A DNA stretch of 64,000 nt. Origin: Antedon mediterranea. Its lineage: Eukaryota; Animalia; Echinodermata. The notes beneath the pieces were generated by a model. That model did not search any database. It saw nothing but the letters and a program-made list of their open reading frames with translations, and was not told the origin of the DNA. The position numbers and the translations under genes are program-made. Every line of letters starts with the position of its first letter. Positions within the stretch are counted from its first letter, which is position 1. Below are positions 8,204 to 21,627 of the stretch, one piece after another. Where the stretch lies: contig NC_092673.1 in assembly GCF_964355755.1 (NCBI RefSeq), positions 14,852,948 to 14,916,947 on the forward strand, read 5' to 3'.

Positions 8204-9949
8204 CTAATGAAATTTTTAAGTTCCTACATTCCTAAAGCTAGGCATAATCTTTCTATAGCTATCTAAATTGGTTGTCCTAAGGTTTAATCTAAACAAAACA
8301 AAAAATAATAAAAAACAATAATAATAACAACAATTTAATAATAGTAATAATAATATTAATAATAATAGTATTACTATAAAATGGTAACGCTAGTAATAAA
8401 TTAATAGTGTAAAATAACTTATTTAAACTCACCTCTGTTAGAGCAGTAGGCCTAATTAAAAATATATGACCGTTCTAGCTACGGTATCTAAATTACATGG
8501 GTTGTCCTAAGGTTTAATCTAAACAAAACAAAAAATGATGATAATAATAATAATAATAATAATAAATAATAACTAATACTTAGATAATAATAATAAATAA
8601 TAATAACAGTAATAATAACAACTAATACTTAGATAATAATAATAATTATAACAATAATAATAATAGCTAATACTAAAATAGTAATAATATTAATTTATTT
8701 GAATTACCTTTGTTAAACCAATAATTAAAAAAAAATGACAACAGTCGTGATGAGCAGTTGGTTCTGTCGTCATTAAAATGATATTTCTTTTTGTTACAAT
8801 TACACAAACCACTAAAAAAGATGAATTCAATAACTTATTAAATTAATATAAATATGACCAATCTAAACTATTTAAAATATAGATTCACAAAAATTCATTT
8901 AAATAATAATTGAAAATAAATACATGACGTACTAAAAAACAATTACTGTATACTGTACTGAAAGCTATACTAGGCCTAGCATAGAGTGTCTATAAAAGTT
9001 ACAGGCCTAGCCATGGAGAAATTCTCCATGGCCTAGCTAAGGCTAGCTAGCTTATTATTAGTAGGGAGGCTAGGCCATACGGTTCACCTAGTCAATATTT
9101 AAAGCACAAACGTAGTCAATATTTGAAGCACATAAAATATATTGATGTTAGAGCTGGATATTTCTATCCATTCATCATTTTTAGCTTAAAATATACAAAT
9201 GTTGTATGTTGTTAGGGAGACCTGACTATGCACGCAGCAGCAGCAAATTCAGCGGAAAAGCAAGTGGGCCTAGAAAAAGCGGTCCCTACAAAAACACAGC
9301 AAACACACATAGTAATGCTAGAATCAATGTTTTGAGAAGCTACTATGATGCTATATGATTTATTAAGTTATTAATACTACTTTACAGATTGTAGTTATAT
9401 ATAAAATATTAATTAACAAAATTAAAAGATAGTCTTACAATTCAAGTTGAAATAGTCAGCAAATGACACAGCGAAAAATGTAAACGCACAAGTTTTGGAC
9501 TCTTCCATTATGAAAAATAGGGATGTATTAAACTAAAAAAGAACCTAGAGAATATTGAATAGCAGGTTCTTTTTATTTTGTTCTCATAATATTTGAAGTT
9601 TAAGCAACATTTAACAAGAAAACCTATCATGAAATAGAAGTGAAGATATAAAAATCTACAACCGGAAAAAAAAAATCATATTTTCCCCATTTTATAATGA
9701 TAAGTTACAAAAACTTTTTTAAACTACTTGTGGATTTTTTTCATAGAATAAAAAAGTGAGTTGTCTTTAAAGGGTTGTAATAAAAAATGCCATCAGTTTT
9801 GAAAGTGTCATCATACAGTTTCTGAAAGCCTATAAATTTATAAACATTTTGATATATAATTCAGCTTGTTAATTTGCCGGTTGCACTAACTCTTTAAATA
9901 AGCCACTTTTTGGGCATTGCTTCCTCTACTATTACCGATTTTTTTAAAT

Positions 9950-10590
9950 AGAATGCTTGTTTCAAGCAATATTTTTCTCAATTTATTTGATAGAATTCTT
10001 GATTCAAGCAATATTTTTCTTAAAGTAGGTAAGAATATTCCGATTTTGATTTTACAGAATTCTTGTTTCCAGTAATATTTTTCTTAAAATAGGTAAGAAT
10101 TTACCGAATTTCATTTTATAGAGTTCTTGTTTCAAGCAATATTTGTCTTAAAATAAGTAAGAATATTCCGATTTGTATTTTATAGAATTCTTGTTTCAAG
10201 CAAGATATTTCTTAAAATAAGTAATAATATTCCGATTTGTATTTTTTTGAATTCTTGTTTCAAGCAAGATATTTCTTAAAATAAGTCAGAATATTCCGAT
10301 TTGTATTTTTTGAATTCTTGTTTCAAGCAATATTTTTCTTAAAATAAGTAAGAATATTCCGATTTGTATTTTTTGAATTCTTGTTTCAAGCAATATTTTT
10401 CTTAATATTTTTCTTAATATTCCGATTTGTATTTTTTAGAATTCTTGTTTTAAGCAATATTTTTCTTAAAATAAGTAAAAATATTCCGATTTGTATTTTT
10501 TGAATTTTTGTTTCAAGCAATATATTTCTTAAAATAAGTAAGAATATTCCGATTTTTATTTGTAGAATTCTTGTTTCAAGCAATATTTTT
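9950..10590. repeat. ~61-bp tandem repeat, about 10 copies
   Basis: Recurring AATTCTTGTTTCAAGCAATATTTTTCTTAAAATAAGTAAGAATATTCCGATTTGTATTTT. Confidence 0.92.
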
Positions 10591-11139
10591 TTCTATAAAA
10601 TAAAAATTTGTAAATTCTTACTTATATTAAGAAAATATTGCTTAAATAGATTAAATAAAAATCATTAAAAATTAATTTTAAGAATGATACCAATAATTGT
10701 TATTAAAAACTCATTTTAAGTAATATTTTCGATAAACAAATAAATTTTATAATTTATACAAAATAATATTAACAATACCATTATTTTCATTTACTACAAT
10801 TTACCTAAAAAAATGACAATAATTAATAACAATAATATGTACAACTTCACATAAACTTGTTTTAATTAACAATAAAATGCCAGAATGACAGAAAAACGTA
10901 TAAAGTAAACGCTATTATACAGTATGCTGTATAAAAAAATATTTCTTATGCATATAGAAATTAAATACACTATATTGTGAAGTAAATCAAAGTATTTATT
11001 TTTCGAAAACGATAAAAAGAGGCCATAAATATAATCTAATGTACTTTACATGGGTTCAAGGTTGTATTCAAGCAAAACAACTGCATAAAAGGGTTTTTTC
11101 CGGATTGTGGGTTAAGAATTTGCACGTATAAGTAAATTA

Positions 11140-11535
11140 ATAAGCGGATACTAAAATTATGAAAATAAAAGTAATACTGTATATAGTAAATATTGAAGTA
11201 AAATGTATTAATCTGAAATGCTGAAAGTTTTAAATGAAATAAAACCACACCCTTCTGTTTTTACTAAACTAATTCGTTATCAATTAATCATTGATTTAAC
11301 ATTAAGTAACATACATTAAGCGGATACTAAAATTATGAAAATAAAAGTAATATATAGTAAATATTGAAGTAAAATGTATTATTCTGAAATGCTGAAAGTT
11401 TTAAATGAAATAAAACCACACCCTTCTGTTTTTACTAAACTAATTCATTATCAATTAATTATTGATTTAACATTAAGTAACATACATTAAGCGGATACTA
11501 AAATTATGAAAATAAAAGTAATATAGTAAATATTT
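11140..11535. repeat. ~173-bp tandem duplication (partial further copy at ~11693-11780)
   Basis: TAAGCGGATACTAAAATTATGAAAATAAAAG recurs at ~11141, ~11317 and ~11488. Confidence 0.85.
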
Positions 11536-11775
11536 TATTTTTATTTTATTCATTTCGGCAATAAACATAAAATAATAATTACAAAAAAAAAACCATAGAA
11601 ATATATATATATATATGAAATACAAGACACGAAGCCGAGGAAAGACAAAAGCATTAAACAAAACGCTGTCACCGGTAAGGTGTGTCTCTCCATATTGAAG
11701 TAAAATGTATTATTCTGAAATACTGAAAGTTTTAAATGAAATAAAACTACTGTACACCCTTCTGTTTTTACTAAA

Positions 11776-14700
11776 CTAATTGCTGGATTTGAACTTGTTG
11801 TAATCTACCAATGATAGTTCAACTGCCTTTGCTAAGTGAACAGGTGTTGATGTATCACCTAGCACTAGCTGTTGGAGTATTGTGAGGCCTACTTCTTGAG
11901 CTTTTGGATAGTCAATATCCAACAAGTAAAAGGTGGCGAGGAAAGTGACTAGAGCCTCATCTAATTTTGTTATTTCCATTGTAGCAACAATTGCTCTCCC
12001 AACTACAATGTACGACATTTCTTTGGTTAAAAGAAGTACAGGAACATTGCCGGATCGGCGTGAGGCCCAGGTCTCTGGATCTTCATGGTCCTAAACAATA
12101 AAAGAGATAAATATAGTTTATTTTATATTAGTCTATTATTTAAGTATTTTTTTACATCATTTAATAATTGGGTATGGTGTTTAGCGTCCTATATCTGGGG
12201 CGGTGACCTCAAAATTCTGACACGCTTGCAATATCAGAGCAGTGATAAGAAGAATTTTACATTATAAGACATCAGGGTGTGTGGATTTATATTTTTTAAT
12301 CACAAAACTTTATCTATTATTCTTATTGGTACTGTAGTTAAGTTAATAGGGTCTATCTAAATATATTTTTAATATGACTGTTTACTTTAAAAAGGACAAA
12401 TGTAAAACGGGTGCTTCATCCTGATTGATATGCTTTTATTCCGGATCAATATGTTTACAATAATAATCATACAATTAAATGATAGAAATGTAAATTTTCG
12501 TTTAATTGTATGATTTTAATTATTGCAAACATATTGGATACTTTAAATGTTAAGCTATGATAAATTTGACATTCAATGTTCAAAAAATATTAAAGAGACA
12601 ATTAAATAATATTTTTTGTATGTACAAAAATAATAAATGTTATTATTTAAAATTTTAAAAACACTAAATACCTTCAAGTTGTCGACAAGGTCGGCACACA
12701 TTTTAGTTGATTTATTTCCAACAAATATCGTTGAGAGATTTGTCAGAATATGGGTTATCTTTGAACCTAAACAAAAACAAATTGAGAACATAAATGAGTG
12801 TAATAATGTATGAACATAAATTTAGTAAAGCTCAAGTCTGTAATGTAGTCTACAGTATTAGGTAGCCAAGGTTACAGGGTGGGAGGTCCAGGAGAGCATT
12901 ATTCTGCCAAAAATAAAAGTAATTTCTAATTCAATTTTAGCTGTCAATAGGAGGAGTCAAACCTAGAATTAAGAAACATTTGCTTTGCAAATTGTTGATA
13001 CGTACACAGGTCAAACTGTACAAAATACTTATGAAAAAATTAAGGTGTGTAAAAACATATAAACTTACCAGATGGAGGACTGGTATTTTTTTTGGACATA
13101 CCAAAATATACAATACTGTCTTTTTCTTTAGACAGACTTGCCAAGCATTTTTTTAAAAAGCTTTCCCTCGCCTTTCCTTCTCCTATGCCTAAAATCCGTC
13201 TAACTTCTTCAATTATCTAAAAAATAAAACAATAAATTGAACATAACAATTTTAGTATGGAGTATAATGTTTTTAAATCCCTCATAGGGCCTGTTCGTAG
13301 GGGTTGAAAATACCAGCTTAATCCCGATTTCCGTTCGCGTGATCCAATTAACTTTTGCCTCAGGCTACAAAAAATTTGAGGCAAAATGTTCACCAAATTT
13401 GCAGGTTATTTCAGCGATAATCCAATTATACTCGGCCTTCGAGGATAATAAATCTCCGATAGAGGCAATGTGTCAAATTTTGACAAACGTTCGCTACCTA
13501 GGCCCGTCATTTCTCCTACGAAGCTCTTCCATACACGCTTCGAGAGCGATCGTCAGCTGGTGCTGTCCTCTCTGTTGGTGTAGACCGCTTAGGAATACAC
13601 CCCGTTTAGTAGGCCTAGCTGGTCGGTGGTGTTTCCGTCGTGTAACATTGGGCTCAAATTCTTCGTCAATGAGTAAAATAATGGTCGTCAGGAGAAGGCA
13701 TATTTCGGCAGGATTATCGGCGTTAAGAGGCATAAGGTTTGTCGCAAGGATAAGCAGTGTAAAAGGTAGCAAGTAATTGTTATTGTAAAGAAAGATCGCG
13801 AGTAAAAAATATACAACACGAAACTAGCGTGCGAAAATGGGGTAGTAGGTTGTAAAGACAACTGACCTTAAAACGTAATTTCCGGTTTGTGATTCGTCGA
13901 TTAAGCATTTAAGCGGTTAAATATTTCAAGTACGAACAACGCTCAATTTATAACCCGAGGCATGGGTGAAATTAAGCGCTTATTTTAACCACCGTACGAA
14001 CACGACCATAGATATTTCATGGTTACATTGCAAAATAATTGTTAAATTTTATTATTTTAAGTAATTTTTGGCTTAAAAATACCTCCACATGGTCCTTGAA
14101 GCAAGGATACTTCGTTAGCAATTGAGAACACCGGCTCTCTGCTGATGTCTCCGTAAGCCATGCACGCCTGGCTACGAATTCTTTATTTAGGTAGGAATTT
14201 ATAATTGCCACTGAGGGTTTGCTCTTGCCGCATTCTTTGAATAATGCATTATAATGCCTTTCCATCATGCCTTTGTTGTCCGGTTCTTCAATTCAATAAT
14301 AAAAATTGTTATCCATACGTGACAAAGCCAAAAGGAGGGATGTAAAAACTTTTTAATAACTGAAATATTTGTTTAGGACCCACATTTTAGAAACAAAAAT
14401 GTCAGTACATGATCATCTCATTTTCATCTCTCTTGTAAAGTCAACTTTTAAACTTGAAATGGAATTTAATATTTATACATTATATTTGAAAACAATTTAG
14501 AAATAATGTTTATATTTGAATGTAAATTTGATGCAATTCAGTTTTTTTTCAAAGCAAGAGACAAATAATTAATAATTTGACGAATTATACGTGATCATTT
14601 TATAAATTATAATGTAATTGTAATGACATTTAATTTAAAAAAACGATGGACTTACGTTAAAATACAAAATGTTGATGATGTACGCCATCCTACGACCTGA

Positions 14701-17700
14701 TGCATACGATTATAGTGCTAAGTTGTACCTCTTATATATCTCTATATACAGTGTAGCATTTTATTCTAAATGCTCACCTAATAAGCTCATTCAACCCCTG
14801 TGACAGTAGTAGCCAATTTTTGAACACTGTATTTCTTACCATAAATAAGCAGTGAATCGTCTGTATCTGTTTCTCTGTCTGTTTCCTTATCAACACGAAA
14901 AACATCTATCTTTGTCTGTGTTTGTGCACCAGATTCTAACTCCTCCGCTCCTCCGCTGAAACCATCATCAGTTTTGCTTGACTTTTTGGTTTTTTTTTTT
15001 GAACCCCTAACGTTATACATTCTTTTTTTCAATTGCTTATATATCAGGCCCTAAAATAATAGAAAACAAGCCTTGTTACAATTCGCTAATGTAGAAAACG
15101 CCTGCTATTGTCGTAATAACCGTTAATGTAGTAATAGATATACCTCTAGCTTAATGTAGAAACAGTAAATTTAGAAAATGTATACAGTATTTTACAAACC
15201 TATGTCTAAACTTGTGCAAATGCATCTCTTTACTTTATAGCTACTGTATCAGTATTAGTGGATATAGCTAAGTTGAGCTAAGCTAAGTTGAGCTAATCTA
15301 AGTTGATAACTAAGTAAAATACAGTAACTTTAAAAATCTTGATGACATTACATTTTTGCAAAATATATTAACATTTTATATTGTATTTATAATAATAATA
15401 AGTTTTGGAGTGGAGTTGTGCGGCCTGGTGGTTATGATGCTTGGCCGCCAATCCAAGGGTCCTGGGTTCAAGTCCTGTCATACAGTATGTCAGGATTTTT
15501 TCTAATGACAATTTACAACTCCACTCCCAAAGACTTGTAATAAAGACTTTGTTTTTGTAGAGCATTGTGTATACTGTATATGTTTGTCTCGTGAACGGAT
15601 TGCCACCTTTAAGAAGGATAGTGATTGAATTTGCTTATGGTTATCCTTGGCAATTTGCCTAAATATATAAAATAAATAAAAAAAAAAGTTTGGCTAGCCT
15701 CAATAACTTTCTTAACCAACCAATCACATGTGGATATAAAGCAAGACTAACCTTGATGAATGTAAATACTGTCTGTCAAATATTTCAAATATTTAACAAT
15801 GGGTTCTGGCTTGAAATTCACACTGGCAAACCATAGTAATTTGATATTTGATTAGTAGATTTTTCAGGATTTTAAAAATTCATTCAAAAAAAAAATTAAC
15901 TTTTTAGTTTACAAACTAATAACTGATACTGAGTGACAGTAATCTAATAATTATTAATTCATTTTTATAAATTTAGTGTTTATCCAGTTTACAGACAGAC
16001 ACATCAAAGCATTTAACTTGATTGATTGATTTATCAATTCTGCAACATGATAAATGCTTATTGATATTAGCGCCATAGAACAAAGTTACAAAAACACAAA
16101 GTGTTTCATTAGCAATGATAGATACACTTTTAAAGAAAAAAATAATGTTGTTTGTTGCCGCTTTTCTTATTTTTTTTGACTTAATTAAATGATTGTCTTG
16201 TTAATGTTATGGACAGACATAAAAAAATGCGTTATGTTTGTATGTCAGACACACAATCATTTAATTGGGTTAACAAAAATAATTATTTATTTTTAGTAGC
16301 TATTACTATTGTTGATGTTATTATTAAATGAGAGATTTAAATGTGTCATTGTCAGGATCATGATATAACAACTAATTGTTTTGTTTTTCAAACACAATTT
16401 CAGTATATAATTTTGCAATTTTCATTTTTATTCCTACTGATACACGAAATCTGAGTGTTTATTTATTTACTTATTTCAATTTAAAGTTCTTGTGAAATGT
16501 TCATCCAGAACGCTCTGATTTTAGAGAACTTAACTTTTTAATTTGGTATTAATTAGATAATTCCAGTAATTTACCAACAAATGTTCTTACTTATCGTTGG
16601 GTTGCTCATTTTGGTAGATTTGTACATAACATAAATACAAAACTATTTCTAGCCTAGTTAATTTTAAATAATAATGTTAAGATCTAAATGGCTAAAGCAA
16701 AAAAATATTTAAATGAAACTTACATGTTTTGTTTCCTGATCCTTCAAAGAGGGATAAGTAATTACCACACTTTTGGCCATTTCCATGATTTCATCATTGG
16801 TGGGCAATCTGTTCCACGGAGAATTGTGGGCAATTGAAATCATGTTATTGACAGTACCCCGTATTATCCTGTGGCGCAGCTCACTAGGAATTTGCCCAGA
16901 ATTTGAAGCGTTTGATACATCCTTATCCTGATAAACTGTATATTTAGGTGATTTCGCTTGAGACACCCATTCTCTTGTTCGAAATTCAGATGTAGATGAT
17001 CCAGGTAGTGATACTGAAAAATCACTTTTTTTTTCAGAGTATTCAACACTTTTCTCCTCATGAAATTCCTAAGAAAAATTATTTACAAAAATTCAATTAA
17101 AAAACCTAGAGAATAATGCTACTGTATGTACATGCAGTGACATGCCTCCTTTTACTGTTAGTAGTTACTGCAAATGTAACTAGGATTGTGTGTTCAAATG
17201 TTTTCTGCAGCTGTGATTTTCTTTTAGTTTTATTTTACATAGAAAATTAATATCACATGTGTGATGAGCGTTTCAAAATAACGTTTTTTTTCACCAGAAA
17301 AAAACTTAGCTCATTATTTTTTCCATAACATTAACAATAAACATTTTAGATTATTATAATACAATGCCTGTTATATAAATTATGTGTTACATAATTAAAA
17401 TCCATTTTTGTCATTGATTGTCAAATTGCATTGTATTTGTAATGAATAGCAATTTTGGTCAAGTGTCTGGATGTATTTAAACGCATTATTTTATGCAATG
17501 CATTTTAAAATAATTTCATACATAAGATTGTTTACCTTCTTACCACTAAAATGCCTATTCTTAAAACAATATTTCATAACAACTTATAATTCATTGCATT
17601 GACCAATTCTTTTGATTTCTTTCTTTTTTGAATTGCAAGTGATTTTCTGACTTTTTTGTGTATAATTTACTGTTTGAAAATTTGAATTTAAATACACAAT

Positions 17701-19774
17701 ACGAATAGGCGAAATATATATAAAACACATTTTTGACAGTACTTACGCTGGATAAAACTTTCCAAATTTTGGACCTTAAAAGGATGCCTTTTATTCCTGG
17801 CGTTGGGATTAGTTCGCCTAATGCCTCATAGCAGATGTCCTTCATGTCTTCGTTAGTCACACCACCATCTATGAAAAAAAACATTAAACATAAATATAGC
17901 GCCATGCTATTAGTAATAAAGTTAAATTAAATCAAATCTATTCTAGGCCTACGTAGGACCAACCCATTCATTTAATTTACAATGTACACCACAATACAAG
18001 TTCTAAATTAAATATATGAGCTACTACTAGCAGGGCCGTAGCCAGGATTTGTCAAGGGGGAGTTCGGACACTAAGTATTTGGGTCACCCCCTCCCCCTCC
18101 CCCTGGGGTGGGGCCTGAGGCGAAGCGAATTTTGTTAAATGACACCCCTAGATGGCCGGAAAAGACACTCTAATGCAGCATGCTACCAATGAGCAAAACG
18201 ATCGTACTTGGACTCATGGACTATTTAAACGATAACATTTGTTGCCGTATGTTAGATGCGCGTGCTCTGTGCGGAACCGCCGATTGTTTGATCATTTACT
18301 CGGTATTTTATTTTGCGTTCAAGTTCAATGCGAACGTACGTCTAGGAGAAGCCCCGAAAAAAGCACACTGGGTGAAGGCAAATGCAATTCTTATTATAGC
18401 TCTATCTATAATATTTATTTACAGCAATTTTGTTGAGGAAATTAATTATGCCAATGTAAATAGGTGATATTGATACATTTGAGTACGTATCGGCTGGTGG
18501 TCTAGAAAAAAATAATCGGATGCCATAATGTGAACTACAGTACATGATACCATAGATATTATAGTGTAAAATATTAATATTCACTATAATCCTCTGTGAT
18601 ACATTACACTTCATAGCCACACATAAATACTGATGTATGTCGGAAGGCTATATACTTTATGCATGCTGTCTGACTGCCAGTGATCTAAACAATTGGTACG
18701 CAGGTGTCTGGCGGTGTCCTTTGTACGAATCGTTCGTGCCTCAGCTCGCTGTGAGACGCGTCAATATCATGTTACATGCAGGGACCAAACATTTATTTTT
18801 CAGGTTAAAATCGGCAATTCATTTGCAACTCTTAGAAATTTACAGACACGTATCGCTCGAAGTACGCTCATACAGGGAAGAAGGTACTGTATGAGTTATT
18901 TCGAACAAGTTTACGAATTTTTCAATTTACGAACAACTTTTTGTACTGGGGGGCACGTATTTGGACGATTTTCGGAGATGAGGGTGAGGTATTGGGCATG
19001 TCGGGGATGGGGGTTCGCAGTCGGTTAAGGGGGGTTCGCTGTAAAGGGGGGGTTCGCCCGAACCATAAAACCCCCCCCTGGCTACGGGCCTGACTAGCCT
19101 ACCTAGGGCCTAGGCCTAGTACTACTACTACTACTTCTACTAACGCCACGTATTGTACACCCACATACAGTAGCCCCGACAATTTTTTCCTCTGCCAAAG
19201 GTTTGAACTAAAATAATAAAAAATGTAATGTTCTAGCAAGCCTATCTTATTCTTACACTCTGGATGGATTAGAGACAGACATAGGCTAACCTATTTTGTT
19301 AATCAAAAATCATATACTAACAGCGATGCCTAGCCTGGGATACTAGGCCTTGTACTAGTTTTAGTAGTACTAAATAGTAGCAGTAAGCTATTATTATAAC
19401 ATAATAGGCCTAGGCCTATAGCCTATTATACCTACTACTACTACTCCTAGCCTAGGCCTACTATCTATGTATCTATGTACTATCAACATTTCTATATTTA
19501 TGAAGACGAATATTACAGTTTCTTGAGTATCTTGTATTAGGCCTAGTTAGGCTTATTAGAGGCTAATGCCCTCCTCTAGCTAGAGCCTAGGCTCATTAGC
19601 CTTTATATTAGGCTATAATATTATAATACAATTAGACGTACCTACAAAAAATACACATTTTAATTAATAATAAATACTGTATAAATAGGCTATATATTAT
19701 TATTACGCACCTGTTAAAATGTTGGCCACATCTTCATCTATCTCTCGGATTTTCGACAACACGTCCTTCGACAT
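11776..19774 (-). CDS. Intact 8-exon SAM-domain / SAMD3-like gene (type often carried by EnSpm/CMC transposons)
   Basis: Exons ~19711-19774, 17747-17868, 16723-17068, 14839-15050, 14083-14286, 13069-13216, 12672-12766, 11776-12090 join in frame with GT-AG sites; N-terminal SAM-like segment; C-terminal FLATFYLLDIDYP..LTILQQLVLG motif. Confidence 0.78.
13287..14007. mobile_element. PIF/Harbinger-like non-autonomous TIR element in an intron
   Basis: Imperfect TIRs GGGCCTGTTCGTA..GGTTGAAAATA / TATTTTAACC..TACGAACACGACC; 3-bp TSD ATA. Confidence 0.6.
15410..15565 (+). mobile_element. tRNA-derived SINE fragment (second copy at ~34828-34952)
   Basis: A-box-like GGCCTGGTGG and B-box GGTTCAAGTCC; near-identical copy in a Ginger intron. 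Confidence 0.65.
18031..19092. mobile_element. Non-autonomous TIR element (hAT-like CAGGGCCG termini) in an intron
   Basis: TIRs CAGGGCCGTAGCCAG / CTGGCTACGGGCCTG; ACTAG on both flanks. Confidence 0.65.
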
Positions 19775-20312
19775 TATAATATTAGAACCATAAATTGCGA
19801 TGAAAAAATTGAACCTTTTGATTGAAACGAACTCTGGATTTTGAATGATTAGTTTAAAAAAAAACCCCGGTGGCCTATAAAATAATCATGACACCGTGAG
19901 TGGTGGGTCATCAACCGAGTGTTGTTTATTTTAAACAAAGATAGTGCAGTAGGAAGATGTTACACTTCCTATTCGTTCAATGCAAATAAAAGCGAGACAA
20001 CGTGGAGCTAAATTTAAAGGGCGCCTCGCACGTCGAGTAGGGATACGGAAAGTTATTGTATAGGAAATAGGCTATTATAACAGTAGAATAATATGATTGT
20101 AAAATTAAGATTTAATACGAATTAACATATAAAATGTAATGTTATCTTTATAGAAAGTGCAAATGAATCATATTTATATATTTTGGAATACAAATTTGTG
20201 TTTCAATTACCTGGAATTGTTTAGGTACCTGGAATTTCATTCATTCATTCATTCATCTTTTATTTCGGAAAAAAAAATTCTCCATAGTTCAGTAACAAAT
20301 TAGTGTACATTA

Positions 20313-21627
20313 TCTATATTATAAGTGAGAGAGTTTGTCTGTCTGTTTGTTTGTTTGTTCGTTATACAAATTTTTGTTACTGCACATAATCTTACATATG
20401 GGGTATCAAAATGACCGCAATTGTACCGGGAATGTTCTAAGCTATATTTCAACATCATCCGCCACCTAGGATCCAAGTTAGGGACCAAAATGTGGTCAAA
20501 ACCCCCACTTTCGATGTTTGTTCGTTATACAAATTTCTGTTTCTGCACGTAACCATACATATGGGGTATCAAAATGATGGCAATTGTACCCGGAAGGTTT
20601 TAAACTACATTAACAAAAATTCCCCCGACTCCTGGGGTTTTTGTGGGAGGGGTGGGTGGTGTGGTGGTTTGTGATGTCACATTTTTGCTAGGGCTCGGGG
20701 TTGTAGGCTATCGCATTGTAAAATATATACTACAAAAGTTTTACAGTATTTGAATTATCCTCAGCAAGGCGTATATAGATATACATATTTTATTCATTAA
20801 CCAATATGACACCTATTCAATTACACATTTAGCAAAGTACTTTAACCATATCCAGCTATGTATCGGTCTCTTGGATTTTCTCATTACAGACATCCATTCC
20901 TGTGTGAACATACACACGTTGTTTACCGTTACTGTGTTCAACTACATCACCATGCCTCCAAGGAAAAAAAGTATTTAATTATTCATGGGAAGGGGCTGGG
21001 AGTTTGGGGTGGGGATGTAGGCCTATGACCATGACCGAAACTGTATTTGGAATGTTTTAAACTACATTTGAAAACTGCCACTGAGGGATTATGGGTTGGA
21101 AGTGATAATAACATAATTTGTACTGGAACCGTCTTCAACAAATCACCCAGTGTATCTGGGGTGTGTTTGTAGGGGGAGGTGGAAGAGCAAAAAATATTGG
21201 CGTAATGAAGTAGCCTATATGCTTGGAATTGTACTAGGAAAAGTTACTATATTTGAACTATCTAGGGGAGGAGTTAAGGTTTGTTGATTGTGGCTGGGGT
21301 GGTGAGAGGAGAAAGAATGCTGGGGGCCCCGCAGTATCTAAATTAGATATTTTAATTATCAGCCAATATGACACCTATTCATTTACACAATTTACAACGT
21401 ACTTCAACCATTATTAGACCCATCATAGCTATGTATACTCCTCTCAATTTGAAGCTTACGTTGAATTGAATTTGTCCATCACTGGGAAGAATTTGTTTTT
21501 AAAAAAGAGTATGGGGTGGTATTGAAGAAGGGTGGAGATTGGTGAGTATAGACAGATACTGTCCTCGGGTGTTGAGAAGGCTTTAAACTAATTTTGAAAC
21601 CCGCCCTGGGGCGGGTATAATTGCTAG
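20313..21627 (+). mobile_element. Non-autonomous Helitron
   Basis: A|TC 5' end followed by a (GTCT/GTTT)n microsatellite; 3' hairpin CCCGCCC-TG-GGGCGGG just upstream of CTAG|T. Confidence 0.75.

Noticed and set aside
9007-9032. Palindrome GCCATGGAGAA-A-TTCTCCATGGC as a viral terminus or origin
   Set aside because: Short, lies in CCTAG-rich low-complexity DNA, and nothing links it to the virus
9950-10590. CRISPR-like array
   Set aside because: Contiguous tandem units with no unique spacers and no cas genes
13339-13776. ORFs of 145 and 92 aa inside the intronic TIR element
   Set aside because: No recognisable domain; at most a transposase remnant
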